From Rotaria socialis (taxonomy: Eukaryota): a stretch of DNA of 41,240 nucleotides. Below are positions 1 to 9,829 of this stretch, piece by piece. Under the pieces are notes generated by a model, which saw only the letters and a list, made by a program, of their open reading frames with translations, did not search any database and had not been told where the DNA came from. A program made the translations under genes and the position numbers. Where the stretch lies: contig CAJNYD010000451.1 in NCBI GenBank assembly GCA_905331295.1, positions 1 to 41,240 on the forward strand, written 5' to 3'. Numbering within the stretch: position 1 is the stretch's first letter; every line of letters starts with the position of its first letter.

Positions 1-234
1 TCCCTGTACTCCTCCTCAGGGATGGCCTGGTCAAAAATGACAATTTTTTCGATAACTCAACCATTTCTTGAGGGATTCTTCTCATCTTCGAACTCGACCG
101 AGATATTCATGAGATTGAACTATGTGGAAAATTTCATCACGGTCTGACTCTCCTTTCGAAAGTTATCGTGCCTACGGCCGGACGGACACACTGATCGATT
201 CTAGAGTGTACTCACTTTTTGAGTACACAAAAAC
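1..234 (+). mobile_element. 3' end of a Helentron/DINE-1-like non-autonomous element (copy 1, truncated by window edge)
   Basis: ~200 bp similar to 4700-4900. Contains AAATTTCATCA...TTATCGTG...CGGCCGGACGGACA and ends in the hairpin GTGTACTCA-ctttt-TGAGTACAC (206-228) followed by AAAAAC. A GGAC microsatellite plus terminal hairpin resembles Helentron-associated elements. Confidence 0.6.
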
Positions 235-2749
235 GTCCTAAATCACAATGTGAACTAGAAAATACTGCCGATGAAGTTTTAAATGGTTTATCATTAAGTG
301 TTATTCAAACATGTATTAAAAAGACTCAAAAAGTATATAAAGAGTTTATATCTTCATATTAGATTTTTATTTGTATTATTAATGTCTATTCTTGTAATAT
401 TCATATATATCCAAGAAAACTTCTTCTGGCCATTAACTCTTTGTTTTAGATCAAAAATACGATTTGCATTAATTTTGTTCGTGGTAGTTATATTCCATCA
501 AGAAGTATCGTTTTTCAAAAAATAGTCGAGTTGGTATGAATTTTGAACACACAATCAAGAGAAATCCAGTTTCAAATTAGAAATCAACATAATCATTTCC
601 AAGAAGAGAAAATTGAATAGATTTTAATGAAAGAAAAATCCTATTAGAAGGATTCAAACCTTAAAAAATCGAAGAATCTGACTAAATCTGTCATCAAAAG
701 TTTATCTAGTTTTTATTATCAATTTTATTATCCATCACATAGAAATGCTATAATTTTCATCGCTTCTTAAGCCCGCAAAATCATCTAACTAAGATTTTTT
801 TATGAATCTAAACATGGGGAGTATACAGATAGAGCATCAAAATAAACCGTAACGCATCCACAGTTCTCTATTGCGGAGAAAAATTCGAAATCCAGCGGTG
901 AATTTCTGAACTATCCAGGAACATTCTCATAAATCAACCCATAAATCACACACTATAGAGCTTACCTGCGGGCATGATTCATTCTAGCTTATATTGCAGA
1001 GACGTCTATCAATCGATCTATCATGAAGGCTCTCATAACCTACACAAGTCTGTTATTTCAGGCAAATCCCCTGCTTGAAATTCAAATAGTTAATTTGAAA
1101 AATCATCAAAACGCCAAGAAATACTGCCTGAACTGACAAATCTTCGGCAATGATGCAGCGCAAGCGTACTGCAAACTCTGGCTAATGAACAACGATTAAG
1201 GTTGCTGTCTAACAACACAATAATACTCATATTTATTCACAAGTCAAAAATCGATATTAAATAATAATCTGACAGCTGCTGCATTATTTGGTTGATTTCT
1301 GGTCATGATTTCTGGTTGTGATTTCTGACACATCTCCAGGATTCTTCGCAGACTTCTCTTATCTATCGAAAAGAAGCAGCACAAATCATCTGTTTCCATC
1401 CTTAACAGAGCATCTGCGACAAAGCCTATCATTTACGGCTCACTTTCATTGAAAAAATCCAAAAGCAGGATTTCTACATCTTAAACGTTATGGGTAAGGA
1501 CAGAAGACATGGCGTGCCCCTATTTTAAACTAACTATTATTCGAAGTCCACGAGATGATTTATCAACCTCGCCAATTCTTCACATTCACCCATACCAAGG
1601 TATTACAGTGCCACTCCAGATCTAAAGTTCGTCAAAGCCGGTTTCTATCAAAAACCATTTTAGCATCAAATCAATTTTTTACGATTTCAGCTGCAAATCA
1701 GAAAACTGCCGTCGGCTGAATGTGCAACATTCAAGAAATCCTATAGATATTCACTCAAAACAGCAGAATACATAGGTTTCGTATGATCTCTAGAAGCCTT
1801 ATGTCACAAAGATCCGGAAATCCCACTTGACCTTTCGGAATAAATCGAACAAAAGCATCGTTTTCCCTTACAATCGAGTTCAACTTTGAAGCACATCTAT
1901 ACTGAACATATTCCTATATCGAATTCCTGTTAAATCCTGCTGAATAAATCCACTCCATTAAGAAAAAAAAACAAGCTTTAAAATTACTTCTACCATCGGA
2001 AAGATCCAATTTCGTAACAAACATTAAGGAGATTTGAGTGATTCTTCTAATTTTTTTAACCGATTTCCATGCGTGCTATTACTTACATTATCGTATATCA
2101 TGATCTTCACTGAAAGTCATAAGCAATGATTTTTTGACGATTTCCTCTAAACCAATTTTCCTGTATATCTTGCATAAATATTCATCATTTAAAGATTTAT
2201 TCTTCTCGACACCATACGATTAATCGTAAATAACACCATAGGCACTTATTGATACCAAATATCATTACCGCTTTTCCATGAATTATATACGGAAAACATT
2301 GATTTTAACATGATTTCTTTGATGCTTTTCGTATTTTTCAGATTTTTCATGATCCCTGGTGCAGGATGAAGTAGAAATCCCACAATATGGATCTCTTAAT
2401 GCTGCTATCGCCGATTCTCTACGATGCTTCCTCCGAAACGTGATTTTATCCGAATTGTTCCGGTGCTTTTTTGTATTGTTCTAAGATTTTTCATGATTTT
2501 TGCTATTTGATGCACGGAAAATCATAGGGAGTTAGCTTTAGATGCTCTCGGTAGATTTAGGGTATATATACTGTTCCGAAAAGATCTGTTGGAAGTATGA
2601 TTTCTGTGATTTTCGGTGTGATTTGCAGTGGGTTTTTTGGCTGCTTGCATTTGTTTATGGGATTTCTATGGAGATGTAGTAGAATTGATGTTTGTAGTGT
2701 GCTCACTATCGATCGGAGGGGTTTATGAATGTATTTTTCTTTTTGTTCA

Positions 2750-3025
2750 GAATTACGGCCGTAAATGTTCGGTTACGATGTTGTTACGGTCGTATACGTT
2801 ACAGTGCTTGGTCGTTTCCTGTTTATGATACAGCCGTATACGATTGGATACGGCTTCTAAACGGTTGCTGTGTTCTGTCGTATACGACACGGCGATATAC
2901 GGTCGTAATACGGTGCATACTAAAACGTTAAAATACGGCCAGTATACGGTCGTAAATTCTGCGTATACGGCCGTATCTAGTCGTCGCAAAGGGCCGTATC
3001 CAGTCGTCGTAATATTCGATCTGGG
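2750..3025. mobile_element. CpG-rich non-autonomous DNA transposon, left end degenerate (CCCAG...CTGGG family)
   Basis: Dense TACGGCCGTA/ATACGAC motifs. Right terminus TTCGATCTGGG|TA matches the terminus TTCGACCTGGG|TA of the 3286-3571 copy. Confidence 0.65.
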
Positions 3026-3285
3026 TATGTGTACTGCAAAAAAGAAAAAATTATGGACCACGGACTGGTTTCGGCCAAACTGTCTACAAAATCATCTTGG
3101 AGAGTAGTAAGGAATATGGGTCAACTGGCTTCCGTTGGCGAACTTCATTGAATTGAACTAGAGAACTGTTCGAACGGCTCTTATAAACGAGCAGAGCTTT
3201 TTCAAACATTTCTTTTTAAATGAACCTAACTTGAAGTTATTCTAGATGCTATAATATGGGTGGAGTCATAGGCCCCCAATGCCTA

Positions 3286-3571
3286 CCCAGGACGAGCTTT
3301 ACGACGTCCGTATAAGGTGAAATACGGGCCGTATACGGCCGTTTTCTGCCGTTTACGACGGTAAATCGCCGTATTTGGCCGTATTACATGGCTCCGTATT
3401 ACGATCGTAAATCTCCGTGTCGTAATACGGTGAAATACGATCAAAAACGACCGTAAAGCGCCGTATTTCGCCGTATACGGCACGGAGATTTACGATCGTA
3501 ATACGGAGCCATGTAATACGCTCAAATACGGCGATTTACCGTCGTATACGACCGTGTATGTTCGACCTGGG
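3286..3571. mobile_element. Palindromic MITE with CCCAGG/CCTGGG termini flanked by TA (CMC/EnSpm-like, tentative)
   Basis: TA|CCCAGGACGAG at 3284 and TTCGACCTGGG|TA ending 3573. Internal inverted arms of ~85 bp (about 3354-3440 vs 3460-3548). Confidence 0.85.
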
Positions 3572-3979
3572 TACTATATAGGAATACCCATAGGATAGTC
3601 ATTAAGGACCTCTTGGTGCTTTGATATAATAGAACTTCAGCAACTATTGGTACACATATATTAAAGGACTTGTGAGCCTATGTATATTTCACAGAATATG
3701 CCTTGATGACTTGTGAGTCCCGCATAGCACATAAAATGAGTCATAGATATCGAGTCTAGGATGTGTCTAGCCAATCCTGATGATGATATGTATAGCTTTT
3801 GATAATGATCAAATCATGGAGTCGAACTATTTCGAAAGCTTAAGTTCGTTGAAAAGAACTGTTCAAATAGTTCAGTTTATGAGAGTGACAGTTTTGAACA
3901 GCTCATCGATTCTGAACTTCTCTAGACCGGCGAGTCATCATAGCATGTATAGATATCAAAATTATTCTAGCAAGTCCTT

Positions 3980-4185
3980 CCTATTAAAACTTGATATCCA
4001 TCGTTTACTGTTCATCCAATAGGATTTTGGGGCAAATATGACTTAGATTTGAACTTTTCGCCTTGAATTACCCTAAGAATAAGAAAGTAGCTTTTCCTAA
4101 AACTTGATTTCTATTGGTTAGTGCTCAACCAATAGGATTTCGAGGCAATTAGAGCTTAGATTCGAGTTCTCCGCCCCAGAAAACT
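3980..4185 (+). repeat. Two degenerate ~113-bp direct repeats, probably internal to the Helentron-like element
   Basis: AAAACTTGAT...CCAATAGGATTT...CTTAGATT.GA.TT.TCGCC occurs at ~3985-4063 and ~4099-4175. Confidence 0.6.
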
Positions 4186-4272
4186 TCGAAGCATCATCAT
4201 TTTGATTGAAAGATGGTGTTTTAATTTTCGATCGATTAGAACGTGGACAAAAACAGAACCAATTTACGTTTA

Positions 4273-4530
4273 CCCAGGGCAATCATTCCGGCCGTCGGAA
4301 CGAGTATCTTAAAAGGCCTAAAACGACTATACAACGGTATAATAAGGCATTCATTTTCATCTTATTTCGCCGTAATCCGTCAGCTCGTTTTACTGATCGT
4401 TTTTTTCGCTAGAAAACGGGCATCGTTTTTAACACTTTTCGTCGTTTTCCGAGCTGACGGAAAACAGCGCCGTTTTTCAACGTTTCTACGTCGTCTACAG
4501 TCGTTCACGCACCGTTTTCTTGGACATGGG
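4273..4530. mobile_element. CpG-rich non-autonomous element with CCCAG/..TGGG termini flanked by TA
   Basis: TA|CCCAGGG at 4271 and CATGGG|TA ending 4532. Interior is rich in CGT/ACG. TIRs are imperfect. Confidence 0.65.
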
Positions 4531-4699
4531 TAAGTGTCTTTCTAATAGGTGACTTAGACTTCTTGTTTTCTAATGTTTCATGTACCATTTTGTAGCTCGT
4601 GAAATTCTCTATCAAATAATATATAACAGTGCGTCGTTTTGTGTGATTATGAGAGGAAAAGTTCTTTTACGAAAACTGACATAGATCAATAATCACATG

Positions 4700-4900
4700 G
4701 AAAAATCACTATTTTTGCTATAGCTCAGAAATGGCTCAACGGATCATGCTCATCTTTGAACTCGACTGAGACATTGTTGAGACGATACTGTGTAGAAAAT
4801 TTCATCAAGATAGCACTCTCCTTTCAAAATTTATCGTGTAAACGGCCGGACACTGGCCGACTCTATAGTGTACTCCCTTTTTTTTTGAGTACACAAAAAC
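4700..4900 (+). mobile_element. 3' end of a Helentron/DINE-1-like element (copy 2)
   Basis: Homologous to 30-234. Ends in the same hairpin GTGTACTC...GAGTACAC (4868-4894) plus AAAAAC. Confidence 0.6.
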
Positions 4901-5790
4901 ATCGATAGAAATGTTGAGAACGACTACTTATTAGTAGTATAATCGATTAGATTTTATTAAAATGAATACAAATCATGTTTAATCAGAAAATAAACATATC
5001 GTTGAATTCTATCTTTTCTCTGACAAGATCGCTTTTCAATAGCTTCGACGAACTACATTCAAAACCAAAATAGCTCATTTCATAGGCATTTTTTCAATTG
5101 ATCTGAAGAAGATCTAAATTAATATCGGTGCCAATATCTTCAAATATATCATGAAATTTATTTTTTCGCAAAAAAGCCTTTTTCTTGTCATTGATCATCG
5201 TATTTAATAGAAACGTCTCGATCTCAAGAATGGCGAAATCAAATACAGTGAAACTTCCATGAAAATATGTCGTAACTAAGAGTGAACTAGTCTCTTCTTA
5301 TACTAGAAGAAGAGAAAAGATCGATTTTTCTCGAAGACTATGAAAAGATGCTAAATCACCCACGATTTTTTAATCATACCACCAGTCCTTAAAATAAATA
5401 AAAAAAAGACATTTGACGATGAAAATACTTTCAGCTAATTGGCTCATGTGTACATTTCTTTCCTTATTTGTTTGTTAGATTGATTGATTATCAATGAATG
5501 GTTTCCATTTACACAATGTTCATCAAGCATAATTCTTTATGAACAACTATTTTGATATTCTTTTTTCTCAGATATATATCGGTATCTCCAAGACAGCCAT
5601 ATATAAAAATATTTTTTTCTTGTAACCCTCTTCACTGGTGATTTATGAATGCTTCGATATCTATTGCTCATTGAATTGTCCAATAGAATCACTGTTTTCT
5701 TTAGGAAAAAAATGATTCTGTTCGACCAGCTTCATCACATTGGTAGACTTTTATTTGACACAGTGAAAATTGACAATACAAGAAAATAAA

Positions 5791-8700
5791 ATGGTGACGA
5801 TTGTATTTGATGAAGTAAATGTATTTACATTTCCTCATAGTCGAATTAAAAAACTAATGAACTGTTGTACTTCAAAAGTAAATGGAAAAAAAGCTTTCCT
5901 TTTATTTATTTTTTATTATTATTTATCAATTAGTTTGGACATACAGATTTCACCAGTTTAAATGATTTTGAAGAATTATTAATAGGTTTACAGTGTATAT
6001 TTACGGAATTTATGGCACATGAAGAAATTGAAAATCATTTAGTTATGAAAAAATTAAGAAAAAAATTAAAGCAAAATTCGCCAATGGACGATACAGAACT
6101 TATTTGTAATTGTCATAAAGTTGATCGTTTTACACCATTAATGGCGTTATTTCGTGATGGCTATGCATTTATACGACGAGGCAATGCTGATAGAATGTCC
6201 TATGGTGTTAGATTACATAAAGCGATGATTACTTTTTACAATGATTTTGTTCCACATATGAATGAAGAAGAAAATGTTCGAATTTAAATTTATTTTATGT
6301 ATTTTTAAAATTTTTAAAAAGAAAATTTTCATTTAGGGTATTCAACCATTACTTTCGAAATACTTTACTGATATTGAATTGAAAATGATGCGTACACAAG
6401 TTATTAAAATGACTTTAAAAAAACGAGAAGATTCAACAGTCAATATTGTCTATCGAATTGAACGACCATTGAAAATTCATGGTAAATATTTTCATGTCTA
6501 ATGTTCTTCTTTTTTTTTCTCAATTAATTATTTTTCATATATTTTAATTAAAGTTCTATCCTATGAACGAATTCTATCAATTGATTCTTTACCACATAAT
6601 ATTTTGCAATTTATTATGAATTATTTACCTGATCGACAAATAAAGCAATCTTGTCTTCGAGTTAATAAACAATGGAATCAGTGTGCATCTAAAGGTTTTT
6701 TTTATTTTGTTTTTATTTTAGAAAAAATTTCATTTCTTCTTCCATTTTAGTTTTAAAACAACGTTCACCAATATCACAACTTCCCGATGAAATAGTATTG
6801 CGTATATTTAAATTATATTTGAATCCATATGATTTGTTTAATTCATGTATACGTGTTAGCAAACAATGGAAATATATTATTAAAGATAAAACTATTTGGA
6901 AAACTATTAATCCTATTAATTGGACAAGAGGTTGTATTTATTTTACTGATTTTTCTTTCGATTCTATTTAATTAAAATATTTAGGTCAATGGAATTCAAA
7001 TCTTCCATTAGAAGAAATACCTGTCGATCAATATAAAAATCGTTCATTGGTAAGATTGAAGTTTTTTTCTTAACTATTTATGTTAACATCAATCATAAGA
7101 ATTAGAAAAACTACTTTAAATGATGCTTTTCTTGAAAAATATTGAAATATACTATTTACCTTCAAAAATTTTCTTAAATCGACTTCTATGATATGTAATT
7201 ATTAAATAGAAATCTTAAAGTCAATTTAAAGCTTAATTTTATCTGATTATATATATATGTATCAAAATTTTAATCGTGTTTTTTAATTGTTCTTCTTCTT
7301 CAAACTATTTAAGCAGAGAAACAAGTTTTTCATATGAAAATCTAGACAGCATTGATTACAAATATCTCATTAGTTTTTATTGTGAAATTTTTTCTGCTAT
7401 TTCAACATAGTATGTTTGAATTGCAAGATTGATTTAAAAGCTATCAATTCTTATTTTATCATTTATATATTTAATAGTTTAATTTCATTATTACGTTAAA
7501 CGACAAATTATTATAAAAAAAAACTTTTCTAGCTTATCCTGAATTATAATTAGTTTTTTTCTGTAATTAAATTCTCTTAGAATGAAATCCGATAATATTT
7601 GTAATATAGTTAAATGTTCAACATTTATTGATGACGAAAATAAAAATGTTGAAACACAACAATAATTAATATATTTATTTAATTTATTTAGACAATGAAT
7701 GAAAACCGAATAATATCTGGCCTTGTTAATTATTTACTTCCTAATTATGGTCATTCAATCGAAAATTTGATTTTATATGGAAGTTTAACCATCAATGATA
7801 ACATAGTAAGATTTTATTTAATGCATTTTATAAGATATGGAAAATACGAAATTAATCATTTATCGAGTTAATTTTTATTACAAAAGAAAAAAGAAAAAGA
7901 AAAAAATTCCATTCCTATTGAGAATTGTCTATTTTATATTAATGAATTAATTAATATAATTTGTTAATTTTAGGCACGAAAAATATTTGATTTATGTCCT
8001 AACTTAAAACATCTCAATATTGGAATGACTAAATTAACACCGAAATCATTTATACAGTATGTATTTTTATTTCCTATAAATAAAACTGAATTATTGATCA
8101 ATCAAAACAAAAAAATGAGAAAAACTTTTCTTTTATAAAAAAATACTATCTCGAATAACTGAAGATTGTCATTTAAAATATGACAAAAAAAAGTACAATT
8201 GTTAAAATTCATTTCAATTTCATATAATGAATTGAATTCTTTCAGTTAGAGAACTAGAGTTTAGTTAAGTTTATCTTTCCGATTGAAATAGGTAACTTTT
8301 CATCGAATAAGTTTTTATGCAAAAAATATGAATTATTTAAAATGTGAGAGAAGATAATTGTGCTAAAAAATTTCTTTATAACATTAAAATGATATGTCAA
8401 TATAGGAAAAATAAACGTTTTAGAAAGAATTCAATGACAATAGTTAAGTGTGTAACTGTTACTTTCGAAATGAATAAAATTTTCTTTTGAAAAAATATTC
8501 ATTAGATTACATGAAATCATCTTTTGTTTGTCGTTGATAGGGGTGCATCAGCTCCAGCTCAAAAGTTCAGCTGAGCTGAGCGAAAAAGCTGTTCGAACGT
8601 TCTTTCGGTAGGAGCTGATTGATTTGAACAGCTCGTTCTAAAAGAGCTGATCTGATCGAACAGCTCTCGTTCCTGAACTGAACTTTTTCAACAGCTCGTT

Positions 8701-9738
8701 CCAAAAGAGCTGATATGATCGAACAGCTCCCGTTCCTGAACTGGACCTTTTCAACAGCTCCTTTCAAAAGAGCTGATCTGATCGAACAGCTCTCTCTCTC
8801 TCTCAAGAACTGATTGGCATTAAGCCAAAAATACTATCCAAATCTGTTCTTTAGAGAGAGAGAGCTGTTCGATCAGATCAGCTCTTTTCAAAGGAGCTCT
8901 TGAAAAACTCCAGTTCAGGAATGGGAGCTGTTCGATCAGATCAGCTCTTTTGAAAGGAGCTGTTTAAAACAATCAGCTCATACCGAAATGAACTTTCGAA
9001 CAGCTCCCACGCTCAGAACTAGAGCTGAACTATTGCACCCCTAGTCGTTGATGTTGACTAAAAAAAAAAGTTTATGTTCGTCTTATTTTCGATAAAAAAA
9101 TAACAAATACTTGCAAATAGTAAAATATTTTGATAAATAAAAAAAACTTTATTTCTTAATAGTTTTCGATGGATAAATTCATTAGAAAATTTAATATTAG
9201 AAGGATGCGAATTAATGGATGATTATTTATTTATAAATATAATATCATCATTAATTTTATCAAAAGATTCTCAATTAATAACAATTGAAGATAAACAACA
9301 TTGCTCTATAGAAAACAGTTCTTCACAATTAAATCGTTTAACAAGATTTTCAATATGTGAAAAATGTTCAATTTCATATGAAAATAATTCAAAAATATTT
9401 CAATTGAAAATTCTGAATTTATCTGGTTGTTATCAAATAACTGATTATGGATTAAAGTAAACAAATTATTTTTCTTTTTTGAATTCATAACAATAAATTT
9501 CATTTTTAGTTTATTAATAAGAAACGGTTTAACAGAGTATTTAACATATATTGATTTATCTGGTTGCATTCGAATCACTGTTGATTGTTTATCTTCATTA
9601 GTCAGTTCATCAAGAAATTTACCAAGTGAAAATATTTATTTTTGTGATAACCTTTCATCATGTTTATTATCAACAGCAAATTGTTGTCGAAATGTTGAGA
9701 ATAATTCGGGACGTTATTGTTGCCGATCGCATAATTAA
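5791..9738 (+). CDS. FBXL5: F-box/LRR protein 5 (hemerythrin-like iron-sensing SCF substrate receptor), ~559 aa, 10 exons
   Basis: Exons 5791-5877, 5934-6275, 6337-6481, 6554-6694, 6751-6930, 6985-7049, 7692-7805, 7974-8056, 9163-9456 and 9510-9738, all GT-AG and frame-consistent. Hemerythrin motifs EVNVFTFPHSR, AHEEIEN and FVPHMNEEE..QPLL. F-box LPDEIVLRIF..YLNP...W...INWTRG. LRRs LCPNLKHL and LNLSGCYQITDYGL. C-terminus YFCDN...TANCC...RYCCRS matches the FBXL5 [2Fe-2S] region. Confidence 0.95.
8538..9043. mobile_element. hAT-superfamily MITE in an FBXL5 intron
   Basis: TIRs TAGGGGTGCA / TGCACCCCTA. Perfect 8-bp TSD GTCGTTGA at 8530-8537 and 9044-9051. Interior is built of ~60-bp GAACAGCTC units arranged as inverted arms. 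Confidence 0.93.
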
Positions 9739-9753
9739 CTTTTCTTTTATTTA

Positions 9754-9823
9754 AATAAAACCAAAATAAATAAAGAAAAACAAAGTTGATTTTTTAGAAT
9801 AATTTGTTTTTTTTTGTTTTAAG
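9754..9823 (+). promoter_or_regulatory. FBXL5 polyA signals followed by a T-tract/AG acceptor 6 nt upstream of the TAF3 ATG (candidate trans-splice acceptor)
   Basis: AATAAA at 9754, 9765 and 9769, then TTTGTTTTTTTTTGTTTTAAG ending 9823, then ATG at 9830. Confidence 0.5.
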
Positions 9824-9829
9824 ATAAAC

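Noticed and set aside
500..2740. Possible decayed transposase or gene (e.g. ORF 1244-1432)
   Set aside because: No recognisable domain or termini. Probably old TE debris, but it cannot be supported.
2628..4533. ORFs of 66-102 aa rich in R/Y/T/V
   Set aside because: They are translations of CpG-rich MITE repeats, with no transposase motifs.
5750..5775. CAGTGA (IRE loop consensus) 30 nt upstream of the FBXL5 ATG
   Set aside because: The flanks (TGACA / AAATT) cannot form the 5-bp upper stem and there is no bulged C, so this is not an iron-responsive element.
7581..7647. Possible extra FBXL5 exon (MKSDNICNIVKC...)
   Set aside because: Its phase does not fit unless a 17-nt microexon (7478-7494) is also used. 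Direct 7049-to-7692 splicing is in frame and sufficient.
8567..8806. Repetitive 79-aa ORF / CRISPR-like periodicity
   Set aside because: Tandem units inside the hAT MITE. There are no unique spacers or cas genes, and the context is eukaryotic.
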